From NCBI GenBank assembly GCA_965203555.1, contig CBDBCY010000004.1:1984001-2048000 (forward strand): a stretch of 64,000 nucleotides of DNA, given 5' to 3'. The notes beneath the pieces are model-generated. The model saw only the letters and a list, made by a program, of their open reading frames with translations, made no database searches and was not told where the DNA came from. Positions 52,399 through 61,368 of the stretch are shown one piece after another (position 1 is the stretch's first letter; every line of letters starts with the position of its first letter). The position numbers and the translations under genes were made by a program. The stretch comes from Acidimicrobiia bacterium. Its GTDB lineage: Bacteria; Actinomycetota; Acidimicrobiia; Spongiisociales; ZC4RG35.

Positions 52399-54603
52399 AT
52401 GAAAGGAACCCGCAAATACAAACGCAATACATCCGCAAGGTGGCTCATAACCGGTCTGGTGGCAGTGCTCAGCCTGGTTGCGGCGGCTTGCGGCGACGAT
52501 GCCGAGGGCGAAACCACTACTACCCGGGCCGCCGCCGAAGCCACCACTACCCAAGCACCTGCTACGACGGAAGCTCCTCCAGAGCCTGTGGCGCCGGTTA
52601 CTCAGGGGCCTGGTGGTGAGGAGGCTACCGCGTCGGGTGAGATTGTTTTGAGTGGTGATGAGATTGCGCAGGTGCAGTCTGGGGGGTATACGGCGGCTTT
52701 GCTTTGGCATACGGCGGGTGCTTTCACCGATGCGGTGAGTCAGGGTGCTCGGGATGCTTTTGCCGAGTTGGGTATTGAGGTGATTGCCGAGACGAATGCT
52801 CAGTTTGATGCTGCTCAGCAGGCCAATGATGTGGAGACTGTGTTGGCGCAGGATCCTGATGTCATTATCAGTTTGGTGATTGATCCGGTGTCGGGCGCGG
52901 AGGCGTTCCGTCCTGCGGTCGAGGCCGGGGTGCAGTTGGTGTTCTTGAGCAATGTGCCCGAGGGCTATGTGCACGGTGTCGATTATGTGGGGGTGGTGAC
53001 CGATGATCTGGCTGCGATGGGGATGGCGGCTGCGGATTTGTTGGCTGATGCGTTGGGCGGCTCCGGGGAGGTGGGTTTCATCTTTCATGATGCTGCCTAT
53101 TACGTGACCAATCAGCGTGATCAGGCGTTCAAGACTTGGATCGAGCAGCGTTATCCGGGGATCGAGATCGTTTCTGAGCAGGGGTTGGCTGATCCGGCTG
53201 CTGCTGAGGAGATCGCGGCTACGTTGTTGACGCGCAATCCTGATCTTGATGGTATTTATGCGCCGTGGTCGGCTGGTCCGGCCGACGGGGTGTTGGCTGC
53301 TTTGCGGGCGGCTGGTGCTTCTGATGTGGCGGTGGTGACTTTGGATCTGGATACCAATGTTTCGTTGGACTTGGTGGAAGGCGGGAATGTGGTTGGTATC
53401 GCGGCGGATGAGGCGTATGCGCTGGGACGGACCATGGCGTTGGAGGGTGCTTACGGTCTGTTGGGCAAGGACGCTCCTCCGTTTACGGTGGTACCGGCGA
53501 TCGCAGTGACCGCTGACAACATCGTGGATGCCTACCGCCGGTCACTGGCCACCGACCCACCTCCCGAAGTCATGGCCGCACTCGGCGAGTCCGTGCCTGT
53601 GGCGCCGGTTACTCAGGGGCCTGGTGGTGAGGAGGCTACCGCGTCGGGTGAGATTGTTTTGAGTGGTGATGAGATTGCGCAGGTGCAGTCTGGGGGGTAT
53701 ACGGCGGCTTTGCTTTGGCATACGGCGGGTGCTTTCACCGATGCGGTGAGTCAGGGTGCTCGGGATGCTTTTGCCGAGTTGGGTATTGAGGTGATTGCCG
53801 AGACGAATGCTCAGTTTGATGCTGCTCAGCAGGCCAATGATGTGGAGACTGTGTTGGCGCAGGATCCTGATGTCATTATCAGTTTGGTGATTGATCCGGT
53901 GTCGGGCGCGGAGGCGTTCCGTCCTGCGGTCGAGGCCGGGGTGCAGTTGGTGTTCTTGAGCAATGTGCCCGAGGGCTATGTGCACGGTGTCGATTATGTG
54001 GGGGTGGTGACCGATGATCTGGCTGCGATGGGGATGGCGGCTGCGGATTTGTTGGCTGATGCGTTGGGCGGCTCCGGGGAGGTGGGTTTCATCTTTCATG
54101 ATGCTGCCTATTACGTGACCAATCAGCGTGATCAGGCGTTCAAGACTTGGATCGAGCAGCGTTATCCGGGGATCGAGATCGTTTCTGAGCAGGGGTTGGC
54201 TGATCCGGCTGCTGCTGAGGAGATCGCGGCTACGTTGTTGACGCGCAATCCTGATCTTGATGGTATTTATGCGCCGTGGTCGGCTGGTCCGGCCGACGGG
54301 GTGTTGGCTGCTTTGCGGGCGGCTGGTGCTTCTGATGTGGCGGTGGTGACTTTGGATCTGGATACCAATGTTTCGTTGGACTTGGTGGAAGGCGGGAATG
54401 TGGTTGGTATCGCGGCGGATGAGGCGTATGCGCTGGGACGGACCATGGCGTTGGAGGGTGCTTACGGTCTGTTGGGCAAGGACGCTCCTCCGTTTACGGT
54501 GGTACCGGCGATCGCAGTGACCGCTGACAACATCGTGGATGCCTACCGCCGGTCACTGGCCACCGACCCACCTCCCGAAGTCATGGCCGCACTCGGCGGA
54601 TAA
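52399..54603 (+). CDS. Sugar ABC substrate-binding lipoprotein with two identical binding modules
   Basis: RBS GGAGG, lipobox AAAC, Thr-rich linker, RbsB-like (type I periplasmic binding) module repeated twice in frame. Confidence 0.9.
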   Translation: MKGTRKYKRNTSARWLITGLVAVLSLVAAACGDDAEGETTTTRAAAEATTTQAPATTEAPPEPVAPVTQGPGGEEATASGEIVLSGDEIAQVQSGGYTAALLWHTAGAFTDAVSQGARDAFAELGIEVIAETNAQFDAAQQANDVETVLAQDPDVIISLVIDPVSGAEAFRPAVEAGVQLVFLSNVPEGYVHGVDYVGVVTDDLAAMGMAAADLLADALGGSGEVGFIFHDAAYYVTNQRDQAFKTWIEQRYPGIEIVSEQGLADPAAAEEIAATLLTRNPDLDGIYAPWSAGPADGVLAALRAAGASDVAVVTLDLDTNVSLDLVEGGNVVGIAADEAYALGRTMALEGAYGLLGKDAPPFTVVPAIAVTADNIVDAYRRSLATDPPPEVMAALGESVPVAPVTQGPGGEEATASGEIVLSGDEIAQVQSGGYTAALLWHTAGAFTDAVSQGARDAFAELGIEVIAETNAQFDAAQQANDVETVLAQDPDVIISLVIDPVSGAEAFRPAVEAGVQLVFLSNVPEGYVHGVDYVGVVTDDLAAMGMAAADLLADALGGSGEVGFIFHDAAYYVTNQRDQAFKTWIEQRYPGIEIVSEQGLADPAAAEEIAATLLTRNPDLDGIYAPWSAGPADGVLAALRAAGASDVAVVTLDLDTNVSLDLVEGGNVVGIAADEAYALGRTMALEGAYGLLGKDAPPFTVVPAIAVTADNIVDAYRRSLATDPPPEVMAALGG
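52584..54598. repeat. Tandem direct repeat, 2 x 1004 bp (52584-53587 and 53595-54598; period 1011 bp = 337 codons)
   Basis: No mismatch seen by eye between copies; the identical shadow-ORF segments starting at 53088 and 54099 confirm the 1011-bp period. Confidence 0.95.
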
Positions 54604-54646
54604 CCTTCCATGAACAGCTGATCGCATAGGGAAACGGTCGCAAGAG

Positions 54647-55660
54647 ATGAGAGCCCATGTCCTGGCCGGCGTCGCCACCCGGTTGAGGCAGGCATGGGCC
54701 AGACAGAGCGACGACGGCGGGTTTCGACGTTACGTGGTCTATTTGGCCTTCGTTTCGATTCTCGCCGTCTTCGCTCTCATGCTGTGGGACGATGGTTTCC
54801 TGAGTTGGTCGAATCTTTTGAACATCGGCCGCCAGGCAGCGCCGATCGCGGTCATGGCGGTGGGTATGGCCTTCGCCCTGGCCTCGGCGGAGATAGATCT
54901 TTCGATCGGATCGACCGTGGCGCTCTCCTCGTTGGTTGCCGCAGTAGTGGTCGGCGACCATGGATTCCTCATCGGAGCGCTGGCGGCGGTGGCCGTGGGT
55001 GCACTGGTGGGGCTGGCGAACGGCCTGATCACCGTCAAGATACGGATCCCATCCTTCCTGGTGACGCTGGGGATGCTGGGGATCATCAGCGGGATTGCCC
55101 GCAACATGAACAATCTGCAGTCGATGCCGATCAGAAACGACGCCTTCTCCGCCCTGTTCGGCGCCGGGTCGCTGGGTCCTGTCTCGTCTTTGGTGATCTG
55201 GACCGCGGTGGCCTTTGCCTTGGGCCACTTTGCACTGCACCATCTGCGGTGGGGAAGGCATGTGCTCGCCACGGGGGCCAATCGGGCGTCGGCCAAAGCG
55301 GCCGGCCTCAATACCGACCGGATTCGGATCAGCGCCCTGGTGGTCAGTTCGGTGGCTGCCTCCTTCGCCGGGGTGCTGCTGGCTGGGCGTCTGGCCATCG
55401 GCCGCCACGACCTGGGAGAGAACGATCTGCTCACCGTGATTGCCGCGGTGGTGATCGGTGGTACCAGTTTGTTCGGCGGACGCGCGTCCATCGCCGGCGC
55501 GGTGACGGGCGCCCTGATCATGGCGATGCTCAACAATGGATTGATTCTGATGGGCCTCGAGGTGGCGGACCAGTTGATCGCCCGGGGGCTCATCATCATT
55601 GTGGCGGTGGCTCTGAGCATGAGGGCGCCGTCGGAAAGCGTGGGTGACGATGTTCCTTGA
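54647..55660 (+). CDS. Sugar ABC permease (RbsC-like)
   Basis: IDLSIGS, IPSFLVTLG, G.N...A..AG, IAAVVIGGTS.FGG. Confidence 0.95.
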   Translation: MRAHVLAGVATRLRQAWARQSDDGGFRRYVVYLAFVSILAVFALMLWDDGFLSWSNLLNIGRQAAPIAVMAVGMAFALASAEIDLSIGSTVALSSLVAAVVVGDHGFLIGALAAVAVGALVGLANGLITVKIRIPSFLVTLGMLGIISGIARNMNNLQSMPIRNDAFSALFGAGSLGPVSSLVIWTAVAFALGHFALHHLRWGRHVLATGANRASAKAAGLNTDRIRISALVVSSVAASFAGVLLAGRLAIGRHDLGENDLLTVIAAVVIGGTSLFGGRASIAGAVTGALIMAMLNNGLILMGLEVADQLIARGLIIIVAVALSMRAPSESVGDDVP

Positions 55661-56852
55661 ATCTCTGATCGGAAGGAACCGGGCCTTTCTGGAGGCCGCG
55701 GTACGGCTTCACCAGGAAAACCGGATTCCGGCCAACAGTTATGTGCTTGACCTGGACGCGGTGGAGTCGAACGCTCGCCTCATGACAGCTGAGGCTCACC
55801 GCCGTGGCTTGACGGTGTATGCCATGAGCAAACAGGTCGGACGGGCCCCGGGAGCGCTTGACGCGATCACCAGGGGTGGGGCAGACGGTTATGTGGCGGT
55901 CGACATGGGATGCGCCCGGCCCATTGCCGCCAACGGACACGCAATCGGCAATCTCGGACATCTGGTGCAGATCCCGCGAGCCGAAGCGGCCGAGGCTGCG
56001 AGCCTGGCCCCGGAGTATTGGACCATCTTCTCCCGCAACAAGGCGGTTGAGGCTTCACGGGCAGTAGCAGCCCAGGGACGCAGGCAAAAGGTGCTATTGC
56101 GGATTTGGGAACAGGGCGATGTCTTCTATCCGGGCCACGAGGGCGGGTTTCACCTTGATGAACTCTGCCAGGCGATCGACTTCGTCAACGGTCTGCGGGG
56201 ATTGCAATTCGCAGGACTCACCACCTTTCCGGCCCTGCTTTTTGACGGGGCGGCGAAAAAGGTGAACCCCACTGCCAATGTCGAAACGCTGGCTCGGGGG
56301 GTGGAGGCTGCTCTCGGCCACTTGGGCTCGGGCTTTGCCATCGAAGTCAACGCTCCCGGGACCACCTCCACGGCGGTGCTGGATGTGCTGGCAGAGGTTG
56401 GCGCCACCCAGGTGGAACCGGGGCACGGCCTAACCGGCACCACCCCTTTGCATGCGGTGGAGGAGCTTCCCGAACAGCCTGCAGTGCTGTACCTGACGGA
56501 GGTGGCCCACGTTCATCAGGGAGTGCCCCTGTGTTTTGGAGGGGGGTTCTATGTGGATCCGGTGTTCGAGCCTTATCCAACCACCGTTGTGGCTGCCGCC
56601 GGGCCAGAGGATGTGAGCCGGCAGCGGGTGCCGATCGACATGCCGGATCCGGCCGGTATCGACTATTACGCGCGGCTCCACCCGGAGGGTCGGGTGCTGC
56701 GGGAGGGCGACACCGTTATCGCCGGCTTCCGCATCCAGGCTTTCGTCACCCGCTCTCTGGTGGTGGGCGTGACCGGCGTCCGCGCCGGCGCCCCGGTGGT
56801 GGCCGGGATCTGGAATGTGGAAGGGGCGCCGGTCTCCTGGGGTGGCGGATGA
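55650..56852 (+). CDS. YhfX-like PLP-dependent enzyme (alanine racemase fold III)
   Basis: MFL..L...N, YVLDLD, YAMSKQVGR (PLP lysine), GHLVQIP, YPGHEGGF, EPGHGLTGTTP, YLTEV.H, GGGFY. Confidence 0.85.
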   Translation: MFLESLIGRNRAFLEAAVRLHQENRIPANSYVLDLDAVESNARLMTAEAHRRGLTVYAMSKQVGRAPGALDAITRGGADGYVAVDMGCARPIAANGHAIGNLGHLVQIPRAEAAEAASLAPEYWTIFSRNKAVEASRAVAAQGRRQKVLLRIWEQGDVFYPGHEGGFHLDELCQAIDFVNGLRGLQFAGLTTFPALLFDGAAKKVNPTANVETLARGVEAALGHLGSGFAIEVNAPGTTSTAVLDVLAEVGATQVEPGHGLTGTTPLHAVEELPEQPAVLYLTEVAHVHQGVPLCFGGGFYVDPVFEPYPTTVVAAAGPEDVSRQRVPIDMPDPAGIDYYARLHPEGRVLREGDTVIAGFRIQAFVTRSLVVGVTGVRAGAPVVAGIWNVEGAPVSWGGG

Positions 56853-57616
56853 CGGCGCCTGCTCTCTCGGTGCGCAACATGTCCAAGTCGTTTCGGGCCG
56901 TGCAGGCCCTGGACGATGTGTCGTTGGACCTGCGCCCCGGTCGGGTTACGGGACTACTGGGAGACAACGGCGCCGGTAAGTCCACCCTGGTCAAATGCAT
57001 CGCCGGGGTGTACCAGGCGGATGCGGGGACGATCAGTATTGATGGAGCCGTCCATCGGATCTCGTCTCCGGATGCGGCGCGCACCCTGGGCGTGGAGACC
57101 GTACATCAGAATCTTTCGCTGATAGACAGCCTGAATGTGGTGGAGAACCTGTTCTTGAACCGGGAATACACGCGGGGCGGTCGTTTCGGCGCCAGGATCG
57201 GCTTCTTGAACAAGAGGCGAATGCATAGAGAGTGCAAAGCGACCCTGGCCAGGCTCGACATTGCCATTCCCTCGATGCGCCGACCGGTTGGTCTGCTTTC
57301 GGGAGGACAGCGCCAGGCCATCGCGATCGGCCGGGCAGTGGCATGGGGACAACGGATCGTGCTCTTGGACGAACCCGCTGCCGCCCTGGGAGTGGAACAG
57401 GCGCAAAGGGTCATGGATCTCATTCTTTCCCTGCGAGACGCAAGGGTGGCTGTTCTGCTGATCACTCACAACATGGATCGCGTCACCGCAGTTTGTGACA
57501 ATGCCGTAATTCTGCGTCAGGGCCGCAAGGCTGCCGAGGTTGAAGTCAGCCGGGTGAGCAAGGATGACTTGGTGGCCTTCATAACCGGGGCCAAATCTGA
57601 TCAACAACCGGCCTGA
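56849..57616 (+). CDS. Sugar ABC ATPase (single domain)
   Basis: GDNGAGKST, LSGGQRQ, LDEP.AALG, ITHN. Confidence 0.95.
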   Translation: MTAPALSVRNMSKSFRAVQALDDVSLDLRPGRVTGLLGDNGAGKSTLVKCIAGVYQADAGTISIDGAVHRISSPDAARTLGVETVHQNLSLIDSLNVVENLFLNREYTRGGRFGARIGFLNKRRMHRECKATLARLDIAIPSMRRPVGLLSGGQRQAIAIGRAVAWGQRIVLLDEPAAALGVEQAQRVMDLILSLRDARVAVLLITHNMDRVTAVCDNAVILRQGRKAAEVEVSRVSKDDLVAFITGAKSDQQPA

Positions 57617-57674
57617 AGGGACTGCTTCGCTCTACACCCATGACGAGAAGCTGTCTGTCGGAGGCGCCGCTCGG

Positions 57675-58412
57675 ATGGAGGTAATCGTGGAACCGGATGG
57701 CGCCGGCGTTACGCGCACCGCGGCCGACCTGGTGCAGGAGTACCTGTGCGCCACGAGAGAGCCGGCCCTGGGCCTGGCCACCGGCGGGTCCGTTGCAGCC
57801 CTTTACCGCGAATTGGTGCTCCGATACCGGCAAGGCCGGTTGGATTTTGGCAGGGCGCGGGCCTTTTTGTTGGACGAGTATGTGGGGCTGGGGCGCTCGC
57901 ATCCGCAGCGATACGCCAATGTCATTCTGAACCAGTTGGCAAGACATGTCGGCCTCGATCCTCATCGTGTTCGCGGACCCGACGGCGACGCTCCTGATTT
58001 GGCGGAGGAGTGTTCTCGCTACGAGCACCTGGTATGCGGCGCCGGAGTGGGATTGCAGATTCTCGGAGTCGGGCGCAACGGTCACCTGGCTTTCAACGAA
58101 CCTGGCTCTTCCCTCGAGTCCCGTACGCGAGTGGTGGAGTTGGCCGAGACCACCAGGGCCGACAACGCCCGGTTCTTTCCCAGTCCCGCAAACGTGCCCT
58201 TCCTGGCCATCACCCAGGGTTTGGCCACCATCAGCCAAGCGGCGCATCTGTTGGTATTGGCCACCGGATCGAACAAGGCTGCAGCTGTGCGGGCAACGCT
58301 GGAGGGAACGGTCACTTCTGCTGTTCCGGCTTCGGCCCTGCGACTCCATCCACGAGTCACGTTGCTCTTGGATCCGCCGGCTGCCCGGCTAACTCGATTC
58401 GCTCTGCCCTGA
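57675..58412 (+). CDS. nagB: Glucosamine-6-phosphate deaminase family protein
   Basis: GLATGGS, LDEYVGL, GRNGH.AFNEPGS, N.RFF, TQG..TI, PAS.L..H. Confidence 0.92.
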   Translation: MEVIVEPDGAGVTRTAADLVQEYLCATREPALGLATGGSVAALYRELVLRYRQGRLDFGRARAFLLDEYVGLGRSHPQRYANVILNQLARHVGLDPHRVRGPDGDAPDLAEECSRYEHLVCGAGVGLQILGVGRNGHLAFNEPGSSLESRTRVVELAETTRADNARFFPSPANVPFLAITQGLATISQAAHLLVLATGSNKAAAVRATLEGTVTSAVPASALRLHPRVTLLLDPPAARLTRFALP

Positions 58413-58438
58413 GACTTCTCACAGGGACTGAATGGCGT

Positions 58439-59221
58439 CTAGCCGCTCGCCTCGGTGGTAGTCGTTGTCGGCTCTTCGGAGTCGGCCTCCTCCGATTCGG
58501 TTTCTTCGGAATCAACCGGGCCCGGCGCCGTCAGATCCCGGCTAACGATGAGGGCCGTTATCTCTTCGTCTCCGATGTACTCGGCGATGATCGCGTCGAT
58601 GCCTTCTTTGAAGACCCCGAACGCGGCGTTGAGCCCCACCTGCGCCGCCTGACGCTGCTCGCCGGTGTCAGACGACTGCAACCCGGCCAACATCTCCATT
58701 GCAGATTCAGCGATCTGGCCAACTGCCGAGACGACGGTCAGGTGTTTTGGCGGGAAATCGCCGGTTGGGGGAACTGAAATAAGGTCGAAGTCAACCCGAG
58801 CCGTCTGGATACTCTCTGCGGCCGCTTCCATCGCCGCTTCGGTATCCGAGAAACTGACATCCGTCTCGGACCGGTTGTCCCAATCGTTGCTGATGCCGAT
58901 GATCTCATTCACCAACCGACTGACTCCCACCTCCGCCGTAAGAAGCTGTTTGAGATAATTCCGGACCACTTCGGCGGGAAACGTGGATGCAGCAGCGGGT
59001 GGTTGGGTAGTGGTGGTCGTGGAAGGCTGAGTGGTGGTCGTGGGTGGTCGGGTGGTGGAAGTCGTGGCCAGGGGGGCGATGGTGGTGGGGGGAGCGGAGG
59101 TGGAGACCGTGGCCGCGGTGGTGGTACTGGAAGGTGGGGCCTCGACCGGATCCAGCAGGCATGAAGATCCGCCCAGAAAACTCAGGGAGAGGATGAGGAG
59201 CAAGACGGCAGGTTTACGCAT
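58439..59221 (-). CDS. Uncharacterised helical lipoprotein, paralog 1
   Basis: Signal peptide ending GGSSC, Thr/Pro linker, NDWDNRS...SFSDTE...H...MLAGLQSSDTGEQR. Confidence 0.8.
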   Translation of the reverse strand: MRKPAVLLLILSLSFLGGSSCLLDPVEAPPSSTTTAATVSTSAPPTTIAPLATTSTTRPPTTTTQPSTTTTTQPPAAASTFPAEVVRNYLKQLLTAEVGVSRLVNEIIGISNDWDNRSETDVSFSDTEAAMEAAAESIQTARVDFDLISVPPTGDFPPKHLTVVSAVGQIAESAMEMLAGLQSSDTGEQRQAAQVGLNAAFGVFKEGIDAIIAEYIGDEEITALIVSRDLTAPGPVDSEETESEEADSEEPTTTTTEASG

Positions 59222-59705
59222 GATCGGCACTATTCACATGGACAGCGGAAAGCCCCAGGCGCCTTCTTGGGCGGGCATTTCCCTGCTGGATTTGTAGGTT
59301 GGTTCCATGAGTCCGAATATACCCGCAGGGTCACCTGGAGCAAGGTAATAATGGGACTGGGAGAGTCTCTCTCGGCAGGCTTTCTTCCGGTTGGTGGTCC
59401 TTCCACCACCGACAAGTCCCCTTCCACGACTCCAAACAGGCGTTGTACAACTCAGATCACATGCCGAACACCTCGGTCAGGCGGCGATGCCGAGAGGACG
59501 AGGGCTCGACCGCAAAGCGCCGGGTCTGCACCGTCTGGGACATGAACCAAAGAGTCTCCCAGAGTTGTGACAACAATCACACGCCACCCAATCGTCAACC
59601 CGGGGGAACTCCATCCCGCAACAGACCTCAACTCGACCCCAGCGGCAGGACGTGACGGAATCCGGGTTCTCTCCGGGACCCCAGGCCGGCTGCCGGGAGG
59701 AGCTC

Positions 59706-59724
59706 GGTCATACCGGGTTATACT
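59706..59724 (+). promoter_or_regulatory. Probable TA autoregulatory operator overlapping the -10 box
   Basis: Tandem GGTCATACC/GGTTATACT; TATACT lies 9 nt before the antitoxin ATG, with no Shine-Dalgarno sequence. Confidence 0.6.
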
Positions 59725-59733
59725 ACCGCGTAT

Positions 59734-59970
59734 ATGAAAGTTGCGGTGTCGATTCCCGACGCGGTGTTTGAAGCGGCGGAACTACTGGCCAAGCGTCGTC
59801 GGTGTTCACGTTCGAGTTTGTACACGGAAGCCTTGGAAGGCTTGTTGGCAGTTGCTGACCGTGACGAGATCACTGCCCGTTTGGACGCTGTGTACCAAAG
59901 TGATCCTTCAGAGATCGGACCGCTAATGCTGGAGGCACAGCAACGGGCGCTGGACGACGATCATTGGTAA
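59734..59970 (+). CDS. RHH antitoxin (MazE6/ChpI-like)
   Basis: MKVAVSIPD.VF..AE..A....SRS.LY..AL...EITARLD.VY...W. Confidence 0.88.
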   Translation: MKVAVSIPDAVFEAAELLAKRRRCSRSSLYTEALEGLLAVADRDEITARLDAVYQSDPSEIGPLMLEAQQRALDDDHW

Positions 59971-60335
59971 TCCATAGAGGCGATATTTTCTGGGTCGATT
60001 TTCGCCCGCCGATTGGATCCCAACCGGGATACAGGCGCCCGGTTTTGGTTGTGTCGAGCGAGCAGTTCAACAGAAGCAGAATCGCTACGGTGGTGGCTGT
60101 TGTAATCACGTCCAATCTGCGTCTTGCCTACGCGCCGGGAAACGTCATGCTGCCGGCCGAGACCTCCGGCCTGGATCGGGATTCCGTTGCAAACGTGTCC
60201 CAGATAGTGACTCTCAACAAGAGTGATCTTTCTCAAAAAGAGGGCCGGGTCGATGACGCGATGATGCGGATGATCGAAAAGGGCTTGGAGTTGGTGCTGG
60301 GCCTATCGCCGAAGCGGGGACCACGGGTTCCTTAG
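59964..60335 (+). CDS. mazF: MazF/PemK endoribonuclease toxin
   Basis: RGDIFWVD, GS.PGYRRPVLVVS...FN.S, ITSN, GL..DSVANVSQI.T. Confidence 0.93.
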   Translation: MVIHRGDIFWVDFRPPIGSQPGYRRPVLVVSSEQFNRSRIATVVAVVITSNLRLAYAPGNVMLPAETSGLDRDSVANVSQIVTLNKSDLSQKEGRVDDAMMRMIEKGLELVLGLSPKRGPRVP

Positions 60336-60410
60336 CCCGGCTAAGGGTTGGCCGAGAGTCAAAGGCTCAGGTAACAGGAGAAACCGCCCGACTACTGTGG
60401 TAGGCGTCCC

Positions 60411-61352
60411 TCAGGGCAGTAGTTCGCAGGCCAGGTTGTTTTCATTGGTGTCGAGCAAGGCGACGTCGCCGTAAAAGGGGAAGTAGGCGTCGAACCACTC
60501 TTGAGCTTCGGCCTGGGTGGAGAAGTCACTGCAGTTTTTGGTATTGCCCGGGTCCGGCGGGGCCGTACCCAAGGTGGCGCCGGTGGCGGCAGAGGTACTG
60601 GAAGTGGTAGTGGTTTCCTCAGGTGTGGTGACCGGAAAGGAGTCATCGGCCCTGCTGGCTTCGAGCATCTCGATCCCTTCCTCTCCGGTGATGGCGGCCA
60701 CTCGGTCGATTACTTGCCCAAAGAGGTCGAACGCAGTCAAAAACCCCGCCAGCACCGCCCTGCGTGCCTCGCCGGTGTCAGGTGAACGTAGCCCGTCAAG
60801 CATCTGCGGGGGGGAATCCACCAGGATGCCCACCGCTGAACTGGCCACGCGGTGCTCATCCCGAAGACCGAATTCGGAGGGCGCCTTTATCAGAACGAAG
60901 GTGTCCTGCAGGCTTTGGGCTCGGGCAACGGTCTCCTCCAAGGCGAGTTCGGTGTCCGAGAATGAGACCCCCGTTTGAGATCTGTTGTCCCAATCGTCGT
61001 TGATGTCCCTGACTTCCATCACAAACCGAGCTATTTCAGCTTGGGCGGCCAGCAATTGCTCCAGATAGTCGAGCGCCACCCGGACAGGGGAAGTTGTCGT
61101 GGTGGATTCGGGGACCGAGGAAGTGGTGGTGGTCGGCGGCAGGGTGGTGCTTGTGGCCGGGGAGGAATCGGTGGTGGATGTCGATTCGGCAAGGGTAGTG
61201 ACCGGTGCGGTGATGGTGGGGGTGGGCGCCAGGGAGTCCTCGGGTTCGAAAAGCGCACATGAAGAAGCCCCACTCACGAGTAACGCCAACCAGGCGGGCC
61301 CCAGGATGTGGAGATAAGGAAAGCGACTGGAGAGGGTACGGTTAGATGGCAA
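60411..61352 (-). CDS. Uncharacterised helical lipoprotein, paralog 2, with C-terminal Excalibur-like Ca-binding domain
   Basis: Lipobox GASSC, Thr linker, DDWDNRS domain, tail NCSDF.TQ.EAQ...LDTNENNLACE; TTG 61352 is preferred over 61448. Confidence 0.8.
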   Translation of the reverse strand: MPSNRTLSSRFPYLHILGPAWLALLVSGASSCALFEPEDSLAPTPTITAPVTTLAESTSTTDSSPATSTTLPPTTTTSSVPESTTTTSPVRVALDYLEQLLAAQAEIARFVMEVRDINDDWDNRSQTGVSFSDTELALEETVARAQSLQDTFVLIKAPSEFGLRDEHRVASSAVGILVDSPPQMLDGLRSPDTGEARRAVLAGFLTAFDLFGQVIDRVAAITGEEGIEMLEASRADDSFPVTTPEETTTTSSTSAATGATLGTAPPDPGNTKNCSDFSTQAEAQEWFDAYFPFYGDVALLDTNENNLACELLP

Positions 61353-61368
61353 GTCTTCCCATCCTGTC

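Noticed and set aside
52387-54099. Two near-identical antisense ORFs (233 and 185 aa)
   Set aside because: They are by-products of the 1011-bp duplication and its G/T skew.
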